A stretch of DNA of 64,000 nucleotides, taken from Thermodesulfobacteriota bacterium. GTDB taxonomy: Bacteria; Desulfobacterota_D; UBA1144; Nemesobacterales; UBA2774. Position numbers and translations under genes: made by a program. The notes beneath the pieces are model-generated. The model did no database searches, was not told the origin of the DNA, and worked only from the letters and a program-made list of their open reading frames with translations. The stretch is from NCBI GenBank assembly GCA_963422265.1, contig OY729416.1, positions 736,001 through 800,000 of the forward strand, read 5' to 3'. Positions 9,861 to 18,751 of the stretch are shown one piece after another (position 1 is the first letter of the stretch; every line of letters starts with the position of its first letter).

Positions 9861-10985
9861 CTATAACTCTTTCAAGGATTCATATTCGACTTTAGAGAAT
9901 AAACCATCTGGCAATTCCGACAATCTTTCATTAGCTACACGTATTGCAGGTTCTGAATTATCAACCCCAATCCAATTACGATTGAGGCACTGCGCAGCGA
10001 CAAGCGTCGTTCCCGAACCCGCAAAACAGTCGAGCACCAAATCCCCCTCATTAGAAGAAGCTTTAACTATAAACTTCAATAAATCTAGACTTTTCTCCGT
10101 CGGGTACCGTGGATACTGCGGGTCCTTGAATTCCCATATATCTTGCATTTTTTTTCCTTCTCTTTCATCAAGGAACAACTTTTTGCGGGGGACGCCGTTA
10201 GGTGACCATTCTATCAACCCTTGCTTGTCCCAGACATCCAAAACTTCTGGGGAGCTTCTCCAATGCCTGCCTTCAGGAGGTTTTATTCCTCTCCATGATG
10301 TTCCAGTACTCCCGCTTGTAGTTTCTCCGGGGGCGTGAAGCGGAATAGTAGTATATCTTCTACCATCTCTATCAATTTTCTTAAACAAACGTTCTACGTC
10401 CTCATTAGAAAAGGGAATTTTAGGATCGTTCCAAGTGAGGTTATCCGACATTGAGTAAAATAAAATTAGGTCTTTGATATTACCATACGCTCTGCGATGG
10501 AAGTTCTTAGGATTACACTTGACACGGGTAATATCGTTACGAAAATTCTTTCGCCCAAAGACCTCGTCCATTAGGAGCTTTACGTAGTGTCCAATTTTGT
10601 AGTCAATGTGGAGATAAATAGAACCATGATCTGACAGTAATTCTCGCAAAAAGATCAACCGCTCGCGCAGAAACTCCAAAAATTCAGCACCAATTAAAGT
10701 GTCGCTATACGCTAAACTATCGGCATTACTACTGCTTATCGTATTTGCTCTATTTTTTCCTATTTTAAATCGCCCGTTGGTAGCAAACGGTGGATCAATG
10801 TAAATTAAATCCACCTCGCCCTTATAGCTATCAAAAAGGGAACGAAGAACCGAAAGATTTTCACCTTGAATTAACTTGTTGTTTCCTCTTCCCCCGGAAA
10901 CTGATTTCAATTCTCTCTTCTCAGTTTGCCTGAGAATATAACTTTCCTCCTTTTTGTTCTCATAGTATAACAACATAGCCGTCAC
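9861..10985 (-). CDS. site-specific amino-DNA methyltransferase, beta class (N6-adenine likely)
   Basis: IYIDPPF (motif IV) lies N-terminal to YPTEK and DCFAGSGTT (motif I); GTGA overlap with the upstream endonuclease. Confidence 0.9.
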   Translation of the reverse strand: MTAMLLYYENKKEESYILRQTEKRELKSVSGGRGNNKLIQGENLSVLRSLFDSYKGEVDLIYIDPPFATNGRFKIGKNRANTISSSNADSLAYSDTLIGAEFLEFLRERLIFLRELLSDHGSIYLHIDYKIGHYVKLLMDEVFGRKNFRNDITRVKCNPKNFHRRAYGNIKDLILFYSMSDNLTWNDPKIPFSNEDVERLFKKIDRDGRRYTTIPLHAPGETTSGSTGTSWRGIKPPEGRHWRSSPEVLDVWDKQGLIEWSPNGVPRKKLFLDEREGKKMQDIWEFKDPQYPRYPTEKSLDLLKFIVKASSNEGDLVLDCFAGSGTTLVAAQCLNRNWIGVDNSEPAIRVANERLSELPDGLFSKVEYESLKEL

Positions 10986-11766
10986 AACTGATATAAAAAC
11001 TCTCGGAGAACGAGACTACTCATAATGTTTTTATCTCTCAGCTCCGTTGTAATCTCTCTATACATTTTATACTTGCCTTTGACGTATAATATGCCATCCA
11101 AAATAGCTATAGGAATTGCCTTGAGTCCACTTAACTTCAACGGAGCTACACCGTCATTAAACTGAGCGTTCTGGTGACCGCCAATATCCGTGAGGAATTT
11201 TGCCTCGCCTATGACGTATTGACCATTGAAGCGAGCGATTAAATCAAGACCTTTATCCAACTCTCGTAATTGAGATGTTCTTTAGCAAATAGCATCATTT
11301 CAACATCGCTTGCATCCAAGATAGCGTTATCTTTCGTCGCAACAAACTCATCCAATCTAACAGGTTTTACTCCCAGTGATTTTTGATTCAACCATCTTCG
11401 AAATAGGGGACCGATTTGACGATTTGTCTCTTTCGGTTCAGAAGAAAGTTCAAAAACCTTATCTATGCCCATCTCATAGAGACGCCCACAGAGACGCTTG
11501 ACAGTTGCAGGGTTACGCCGCATGGCACCGCTATCTTTCCTCAGATACGCTACATAAGAATCTTTGATCGGGAAAAGATCAAGCTTTAATAGATTGTTAA
11601 GTAAGGCTATATCGTCTCTTTCTTGAAAGGCTCTCTCTACGCCTTTCCATACTTTGGGATCAATGTCTCTGATCCCTTCAGGAATAGTTGGATATACCCG
11701 GAAAAGATCGTCTAAGTAACTTCTTTGATTAGCATATTCTATACTTAATTTAATCCAATGGTTCAT
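10982..11766 (-). pseudogene. type II restriction endonuclease (Tsp45I-like by recollection), split by a frameshift near 11262
   Basis: Two overlapping ORFs (175 aa and 92 aa) join at HLNYE(R)/LDKGLD; second part carries D..GEAK PD-(D/E)xK residues; coupled to the MTase. Confidence 0.7.
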
Positions 11767-11797
11767 AGGCAGTTTAGCTACTCTACTTGTTTAAGCC

Positions 11798-12337
11798 TTA
11801 GAATAAATCCAATACCTCTTTTTCGCTGGCTTTTTCTTCAAGGTCTTCTAGCTCTTTACTTCTATACTCCAAATGGCATCTTATCTCAAAGTTATCTCCC
11901 GTTAGAGATGCAACTATGGCTGTATCCTTAGACTCCCAGGTTGAAAAATATGACAAATGCCCCTTACTTAGAGCATATCCCCAATCGGAAGGATTGTCTT
12001 TATATAAATCGTCGTCTCAGAATACATTTTCTTCTTTTGGTTTTCCGTACTTCTTTGTGAGTATCTCTGTGAAATCACTATAGTCGTTTATGAAAAGGTT
12101 GTCGTTCTCATGAGTTCCATCTAAAATATACTTCGCTCGTACTAACTGATCATCAATAAAAACATAAAGGATTGTTACAATCTTACCAATTACAACCTCA
12201 TATCCTAAACGTAAAGTCTCCATGTACCCACCGCCTCCCTCTTCTAATACTTCCACATCTTCTGAGGATTTAACCTGTGCAATAGACATCCCCCACCTTG
12301 TCTTCCTAAAATTGTATAGGCTGTTCTCCTCACTCAT
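11798..12337 (-). pseudogene. hypothetical protein (about 179 codons) interrupted by an in-frame TGA at 12017-12019
   Basis: After ENVF-TGA the same frame stays open for 72 further sense codons (DDDLYKDNPSDWG...VLDLF) to TAA at 11798. Confidence 0.65.
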
Positions 12338-12366
12338 TTTACTACATCCTATTTGATTCAACATTA

Positions 12367-14010
12367 CTAAAATACATTATCGGCACTAGCACTCCATCCC
12401 TTAGCGTCAACGAGCACGCCGGGGTTCATAATCCAGGCAGGGTCGAGCTTTTTTTTGGCAGCTTTCAGAACTTCGCCAAACAGATGGGGTCTCTGCCGTT
12501 TATACCATTTATCATGGTATCTGCCAACCGCATGATGGTGGGTAATAGTCCCGCCGAGCTTAATAAAGAGATCAGATATTGCTGATTTTAGCTCGATTCC
12601 CATCTGAAGTTGACTCCCCTTTTTACCAGGGGCGGTAATAGAGTAGTAAGGGGCTGGACCATCGGGATAAGCATAGGTAAAGCGGCATGAGATAAATCCA
12701 CCTCCGCATACCTCATCCATTATTTTTTTCATCTCCGACATCACCGTCCCATGGAACTCCGCAAACTTCTCCCACGTAATAGCCGTTTCATACGTCTCCG
12801 TAATCATTCCCATGGCAACCAACGCTTCCCAAACGTAGGGCATACGTATGAAGGAGTTACGCCACGCGCCTGCTATGCCTTCTTTATTCTTATTGATATC
12901 TCCTGTGTTACCCGCTACTTCTTGATTGGGAACAATCCCTCCGTAATCCTTACAGCACTCAAGCGAGCGCTCCATCCAAGCGTCAAGAGGATGATCAGCC
13001 GATTCAAAACCGAGTACCATTATAGCCTCGCCCCCGTCGTGCACGTTATTAAACCAAGCCTCGGCAGGATCAAGTATGCGAACGTTAGAGGGCCAGAGCC
13101 CTGCTTGCAGTACAGCTCTGACCGCTTCTGAAGCCGAGAAAAAATCGGGAAAGAGTAGAGATGCGTTTTGACGAAAAGTTGGGCGTTTCTGAAGACGCAT
13201 CCATGCAGATGTAATTATACCCATAGCCCCTTCGGACCCCATTAGAAACCTGTCAGGACTTGGACCCGCGCCTGAGCCCGGAAGGCGTATAGACTCAATC
13301 TCCCCTACAGGAGTGACCATGCGGATGCTTTCTACAAATTCATCTATATGAGTCCCAAGCGTCGCATAATGACCACCCGATCGAGTAGCTATCCATCCAC
13401 CCAGGGTAGAGAACTGAAACGATTGGGGAAAATGGCGAAGCGTCAATCCTTCTGTTTTTAAGGAAGACTCAAGGGCGGGACCATAAATACCTGCTTGAAT
13501 ATTAGCAGCTCGTGAAGCCTTATCTATTTCAAGCACCTTATCAAAGCACTTCATGTCAATCACAACGGCGCCGTCGTAGCCGTCTCCTACATCAGGCTCC
13601 GTGCCCGCAACGACGCTCGATCCACCACCGTATGGAATTGCAGCGATACCAGAAGTAGAACACCAATCTAATATGTGGACTATCTCCTTTTCCGAGCTGG
13701 GAAAAGTGACAACGTCAGGAGCGATTCTAAAGTCCCGCTGATAAGCCCTCACTATATCTGGAAAGCCTTTTCCGTAGGTATGTGAGACCCTATCAAGCTT
13801 GGCACTAGAGCAAATATCAGCAAGATAGCTTGGAGCGTTTATCTTAGGCGGCGGCAAGTCTATTTCATCTAACTTTGGTATAGGATCAATCTCGATCCCA
13901 CTTATATCAAAGCGCCCCTCCATACGCTTAATAAGGGCTTTCTTTGATTCAACGCCTAAATCAGCTTGCTTTACTCCCCAACCCCAGAATTTACGCCCGT
14001 TCTCACTCAT
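12367..14010 (-). CDS. FAD-binding oxidoreductase, alkyl-DHAP synthase-like
   Basis: PYGGGSSV, RHFPQSFQFSTLGGW, GSEG, THHHAVG, MNPG. Confidence 0.85.
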   Translation of the reverse strand: MSENGRKFWGWGVKQADLGVESKKALIKRMEGRFDISGIEIDPIPKLDEIDLPPPKINAPSYLADICSSAKLDRVSHTYGKGFPDIVRAYQRDFRIAPDVVTFPSSEKEIVHILDWCSTSGIAAIPYGGGSSVVAGTEPDVGDGYDGAVVIDMKCFDKVLEIDKASRAANIQAGIYGPALESSLKTEGLTLRHFPQSFQFSTLGGWIATRSGGHYATLGTHIDEFVESIRMVTPVGEIESIRLPGSGAGPSPDRFLMGSEGAMGIITSAWMRLQKRPTFRQNASLLFPDFFSASEAVRAVLQAGLWPSNVRILDPAEAWFNNVHDGGEAIMVLGFESADHPLDAWMERSLECCKDYGGIVPNQEVAGNTGDINKNKEGIAGAWRNSFIRMPYVWEALVAMGMITETYETAITWEKFAEFHGTVMSEMKKIMDEVCGGGFISCRFTYAYPDGPAPYYSITAPGKKGSQLQMGIELKSAISDLFIKLGGTITHHHAVGRYHDKWYKRQRPHLFGEVLKAAKKKLDPAWIMNPGVLVDAKGWSASADNVF

Positions 14011-14012
14011 CT

Positions 14013-15566
14013 CTATAAATTCTTGCTAAGCTCCTGCTCAAATTTGTGAGCTAGCTCACTCGCTTTTGAGTCGTATTCGTCAGTATTCGACCAGTTCTTC
14101 TTGGGCTCGAGAAGCCTTTCTTCAACGCCAGGGCAAGACGTGGGCACTCTGAGATCGAATATTGGAACCTTCCTAAACGAGCCCTTATCCAACGTTCCAT
14201 CCACAGCAGCAGTAACAAGCGCGCGCGTCTGGTGGAGAGGCATTCTTTTCCCAACGCCATAAGGTCCACCAGTGATTCCTGTATTAAGCAACCATACTTG
14301 CGCTCCACTTTCTTTGAGCCTATTTTTAAGCATCTCGGCATAAAACAGCGGGGGTCTTGGAAGGAATGGCGCACCAAAGCACGAGCTAAAAGTCGCCTGC
14401 GGCGCGCTCACTCCCCTTTCAGTACCAGCGACTTTAGCGGTGTATCCCAAGGTAAAATAATACATAGCCTGTTCAGGCGTCAACTTGGAAATAGGGGGAA
14501 GAACCCCAAACGCGTCATAAGTAAGCATAAATATAGTTCTAGGAATGCCACCAACCCCCTCGGGCACTATGTTAGTAAGCGCGTCTATCTGATAGGCGAC
14601 TCGCGTATTCTCGGTATGCTCATCACTATCAAAATCTATCTCGAGCGTCCCTTCGTCTATGGCTACGTTCTCCAAAACCGAGCCAAACCTCAAAGAGGCA
14701 TCGTATATCTCAGGCTCAGTCTTTGGGCTAAGCTTAATCGCCTTAGCATAGCAACCCCCTTCAAAATTAAACACGCCGCCGTCAAACCAACCGTGCTCAT
14801 CATCCCCTATGAGGGCACGATCTGGATCCGCCGACAGAGTTGTCTTACCCGTACCTGAAAGTCCGAAGAATAAAGCCACGTCGCCCCCCTTGCCAATGTT
14901 GGCAGAGCAGTGCATAGGGAACACGCCACTATCAGGAAGGAGAAAGTTAAGGGCGGAAAATACCGACTTCTTCATTTCACCAGCATACTGCGTGCCACCT
15001 ATAATAGCCATACGCTTTTCAAAGTTGAGCACTACGAAAGTCTCTGACCTAGTGCCATCCGTCTTAGGATCAGCCTTAACGCCCGGAGCGCATAGCACCG
15101 TAAATCCGATGGATCTATGGGGAAGATCATTCTTGCCCGGACGTCTGAAAAGATTATTAACAAATAAGCTGTGCCAAGCATATTCGGTTATGACTCTAAC
15201 ACTCGTGCAGTAGTCAGTATGGGCGCAAACGGACAAATCTCTCACAAAAAGATCCCTTCCCTGATAGTAGGACAGTATTTTCTTGTGAAGCACGTCGAAA
15301 TACTCAGGGGCAATAGGCTTATTAATCTTACCCCACAAGACGCTGTGCTGTGTGCTTGCTTCTTTTACAATAAAACGGTCAGCGGGAGACCGCCCCGTGT
15401 GAGCGCCTGTATAAGCTACTAACGTGCCACCTTGCGCAATACGCGCTTCCCCCCTTTTTACAGCTTCTTCATAAAGTGCTGGTATCGGCGAATTGTAGAA
15501 AACCTTGCCTGGATTGTTAATTCCGTGTTTTTCACTAAGCTCGTTTTCAGTTATTTCTTGCACCAA
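14013..15566 (-). CDS. pckA: phosphoenolpyruvate carboxykinase (ATP)
   Basis: TGRSP, YAGEMKK, GLSGTGKTTLS, IGDDEHGW, NFEGGCYAK. Confidence 0.96.
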   Translation of the reverse strand: MVQEITENELSEKHGINNPGKVFYNSPIPALYEEAVKRGEARIAQGGTLVAYTGAHTGRSPADRFIVKEASTQHSVLWGKINKPIAPEYFDVLHKKILSYYQGRDLFVRDLSVCAHTDYCTSVRVITEYAWHSLFVNNLFRRPGKNDLPHRSIGFTVLCAPGVKADPKTDGTRSETFVVLNFEKRMAIIGGTQYAGEMKKSVFSALNFLLPDSGVFPMHCSANIGKGGDVALFFGLSGTGKTTLSADPDRALIGDDEHGWFDGGVFNFEGGCYAKAIKLSPKTEPEIYDASLRFGSVLENVAIDEGTLEIDFDSDEHTENTRVAYQIDALTNIVPEGVGGIPRTIFMLTYDAFGVLPPISKLTPEQAMYYFTLGYTAKVAGTERGVSAPQATFSSCFGAPFLPRPPLFYAEMLKNRLKESGAQVWLLNTGITGGPYGVGKRMPLHQTRALVTAAVDGTLDKGSFRKVPIFDLRVPTSCPGVEERLLEPKKNWSNTDEYDSKASELAHKFEQELSKNL

Positions 15567-15696
15567 TATTCGTACCTCCGTAGCATTTATATCTTAATTT
15601 GTTTAGGCGTCTTAGACTCTTACGTATAAAGGGTACGTAAAAACTCAAGATATTATATAAAGATTAAAACGTTTTCAAGCCTAAACAAAATTCAGT

Positions 15697-15725
15697 TTGA
15701 CCCAAGACCTAACTTATGATAGATT
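15697..15725 (+). promoter_or_regulatory. putative sigma70 promoter for carD
   Basis: TTGACC-17 nt-TAGATT with TG extension. Confidence 0.45.
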
Positions 15726-15765
15726 ATTATTTATCTTCGTATAAAAGGAAAAGTTCGCAACAACC

Positions 15766-16266
15766 ATGATATTCAAGGTAGGCAGTAAAGCCGTATATCC
15801 AGCCCACGGTGTTGTTAAAGTAGAATCGGTCGAATCAAAGGAGATTCTCGGGACTAGAAAGGACTTTTACATACTTCAAATAGTTGACGGTGGGGCTACT
15901 TTGATGGTCCCCACGGATAACACCGAGTCCGTCGGGCTTAGAACTCTGATTACCAAAAGAGGGATCACTAAAATCTATAAAATATTGAACGGTAAAGATA
16001 ACAAGTCAGTTCAGCAAGAAAACCACCAAAGCTGGAATAGAAGATACCGTGAATACTCGGATAAATTAAAAAGTGGGGATATATTTGAAATAGCTGGCAT
16101 ATTAAAAGATATATATCATCTTCAAAAAGACAAAGACCTGTCATTTGGGGAGAGGAAAATCATGGATTCCGCCCGATCCCTCCTCGTGAAAGAGATATCA
16201 ATTGCCAAAGACCTTGAAGAAAGTTTGGTAAGCGAAGAGATTAACAAACTCTTACAGCAATCCTAG
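15766..16266 (+). CDS. carD: CarD family transcriptional regulator
   Basis: FKVG..VYPAHGV, WNRRYR, LSFGERK. Confidence 0.9.
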   Translation: MIFKVGSKAVYPAHGVVKVESVESKEILGTRKDFYILQIVDGGATLMVPTDNTESVGLRTLITKRGITKIYKILNGKDNKSVQQENHQSWNRRYREYSDKLKSGDIFEIAGILKDIYHLQKDKDLSFGERKIMDSARSLLVKEISIAKDLEESLVSEEINKLLQQS

Positions 16267-16376
16267 ATTTCTCCATAGCCTACCCCGCAACGTGAAATAT
16301 ATACGTGATGGACTCAACCAAAAATGATCAGGAATAAACGTAGATTAAGGGTGGTATTAAAATAATTGCCATTTGC

Positions 16377-16937
16377 GACGCATAGACGCCCCAAACCAAA
16401 ACCGTCCGACAATCCTTGCCATTGAAACCTAAAATCTCTGCTACCTATACTCATCACCACCTTAACCTCCTTTTACTAGAGCAAACACAGCACCTCAATC
16501 GCCGATCCTGTTGTTACTTTATAAAGCTCACATATAACACAAGCTCTCCCATCTGACCAACGGGAAAAAACTGCTATCAACAAACCGAACTAGTTAGCTA
16601 CCCAGCCTCCATCAACCGATAGCATAGACCCCGTCATAAAAGCAACGTTTTCACTGTCGCAGAGGAACTTTACCGCATGAGCGATCTCCTCCGCTTTCCC
16701 AAAGCGTCCAAGGTGAGCGGTGGCTGGCTGTTGTTGCTTTAAAAATCCATCTACCTCTGGGGCGTTCTTTAAGAACTCCTCTACCATAGGCGTCCAGATA
16801 GTTCCCGGGCAGATGCAGTTAACCCTTATTCCTTTATCGGCATATTCAAGAGCCATGCTTCGCGTGAATTGAACTATCGCACCCTTAGTGGAATTATAAG
16901 CCGCGGCGCCGGGTATGGCTTTCAACCCAAGTATTGA
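16377..16937. repeat. 561-bp direct repeat, copy A (3' half of SDR gene, intergenic region and first 28 codons of TonB receptor)
   Basis: Base-by-base match to 32528-33088 with 7 substitutions and no indels. Confidence 0.97.
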
Positions 16938-16949
16938 GTCGAGCATCAT
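16590..16949 (-). pseudogene. truncated SDR fragment (C-terminal half, no Rossmann motif)
   Basis: Protein identical to residues SILGLK...WVAN of the 32741-33517 SDR; ATG ATG CTC GAC start overlaps the rarA stop. Confidence 0.8.
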
Positions 16950-18277
16950 CTTTTCCTTCGCTTCTTCCACTTGCTCTCAAGATATTTTTTGAGGTTAATT
17001 TCTCTGCCTACATCTGTAGGTTCGTAGAAAATCTTATCCTTTAGCTCTCGGGGAAGAAAATCCTGCTCAATAAAATGGTCGTCGGAATTGTGAGAGTATT
17101 TATAGTCTTTACCATAGCCAAGCTCCTTCATTAATTTTGTAGGAGCATTCCTTAAATGAAGAGGAATTGGCACGTTCGGGCCACTACGTACCTCAGACGA
17201 CGCCTTGCCCAGCGCCTTGTAAGACGCATTGCTCTTAGGACAACTAGCGAGATAGGTCGCTACCTGGGCGAGAACGATCGCCGCCTCGGGCATACCTACG
17301 TAATCAACCGCAGTAAAAGCGGACGTCGCCAAAGTTAGAGAATAAGGCTCCGCATTCCCTATATCTTCGGAAGATAATATAATAAGCCTTCGGGCTATAA
17401 ACTTGGGATCCTCTCCCGCTTCAAGCATTCTTGCAAGATAATACACGGCAGCGTCAGGGTCGCTCCCTCGGACGCTCTTAATAAACGCTGAAATAGTGTT
17501 GTAATGCTCATCGCCCATCCTATCATATTTATAATGACGCGTTTGGAAAGCCTCGCGAACAACGTCTCTGTTTATACTAAAAGAGTCCTGAGACTCACAG
17601 ATAACAATGGCAATCTCAAGTGCATTTAACATGACGCGGGCATCTCCACCGCTGAGTCTGACTAGCTCTCCTTTTGCCTCATCACTTAACAAGGTGCTAT
17701 TAACCCTTTCGTCCTTGCTAAACGTCTTGTTCAATATCTCGCCAAGATCATCATCCTTAAGCGACTCAAGAACATAAACGCCACATCTTGATAGGAGTGG
17801 AGAAATAACTTCAAAAGAGGGATTTTCAGTCGTGGCTCCAACTAAAACTACGCTTCCATCTTCAACGCTCTTAAGAAGGGCCGCCTGCTGAGACTTGTTA
17901 AAACGGTGAATCTCATCTATAAAAAGAACGGTTTTCCTCCCCATCTTAAGAGAGTTCACAGCCTCTGCGATTATTTCCCTAAGCTCCTTTATGCCTGATG
18001 ATATAGCGTTTATTTGAACAAAATCGGCTTCTATGCTTGTAGCTAATAATCTGGCGAGCGTAGTTTTGCCGGTGCCAGGCGGTCCCCAGAAAATCATAGA
18101 GTGCATCTTCTTATTCTGAAGCATCTTTCGGACCACTCCGTCCGATCCTATAAGGTGTTTCTGCCCAACGAATTCGTCAAAACTACGCGGGCGCACTCTC
18201 TCCGCCAGTGGAGCCGCCGATTTAGGTGGCTCAAATAAACCTTGCCCAAGTTTAAGATTCTTGCTAGCCATAAACAA
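16946..18277 (-). CDS. rarA: replication-associated recombination protein A (MgsA/RarA)
   Basis: PLAERVRP, GPPGTGKTT, FIDEIHRFNK, ATTENPSF, SEDIGNA, HLRNAPT. Confidence 0.95.
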   Translation of the reverse strand: MFMASKNLKLGQGLFEPPKSAAPLAERVRPRSFDEFVGQKHLIGSDGVVRKMLQNKKMHSMIFWGPPGTGKTTLARLLATSIEADFVQINAISSGIKELREIIAEAVNSLKMGRKTVLFIDEIHRFNKSQQAALLKSVEDGSVVLVGATTENPSFEVISPLLSRCGVYVLESLKDDDLGEILNKTFSKDERVNSTLLSDEAKGELVRLSGGDARVMLNALEIAIVICESQDSFSINRDVVREAFQTRHYKYDRMGDEHYNTISAFIKSVRGSDPDAAVYYLARMLEAGEDPKFIARRLIILSSEDIGNAEPYSLTLATSAFTAVDYVGMPEAAIVLAQVATYLASCPKSNASYKALGKASSEVRSGPNVPIPLHLRNAPTKLMKELGYGKDYKYSHNSDDHFIEQDFLPRELKDKIFYEPTDVGREINLKKYLESKWKKRRKR

Positions 18278-18364
18278 AGGGTAGAAGGTTATAGACGATA
18301 AATCAACACTCTAGGATCACGGGGATAAGCCATGAGTTCAGAGAATTGTAAAAATGTCTATTTA

Positions 18365-18688
18365 TCAGAGAACTTCTAAGATAGTTCTTTTGAAGAGGGG
18401 ATTTAAGTCATTCATCGAGGAATCTTTGATCATCCAACAGTCAATTAAGTTGGCATCCCTTGTAAGAACAAGATTAAATCCGTTTTCCTTGCCCCAGATC
18501 ATTTGCTCTTTTAACGATGAATAATCCTCTTGCTCTACACCGTCGAGATCATCCATCGGCTTGTCCAGCAAGCCTTTCTCTATCTGTCCTAGGTATATAC
18601 TACGTGAGCTTTTGCTTCTGAAGTTGTATAAATTATCGGTATTTAACATCCTTTCTCCTTCTTTAAGTCCTTTACGCTTAAACAACAT
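18365..18688 (-). CDS. hypothetical protein
   Basis: 107-aa ORF; alternative start at the second Met (MLNTD) follows a GAAGGAG SD. Confidence 0.55.
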   Translation of the reverse strand: MLFKRKGLKEGERMLNTDNLYNFRSKSSRSIYLGQIEKGLLDKPMDDLDGVEQEDYSSLKEQMIWGKENGFNLVLTRDANLIDCWMIKDSSMNDLNPLFKRTILEVL

Positions 18689-18751
18689 TTTGACTAAATC
18701 GCCTATATGGTAAGCACGAATTACCGCTAGTCAAGGGGAAACATGAAACGC

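Noticed and set aside
12017..12019. Genome-wide TGA recoding (code 4 or 25)
   Set aside because: Conserved genes end at TGA at the expected position, and no other conserved gene in the window has an internal TGA
9111..12364. Integrated element at the tRNA-Lys/Glu locus
   Set aside because: No duplicated tRNA 3' end and no integrase seen; the R-M islet is only nearby
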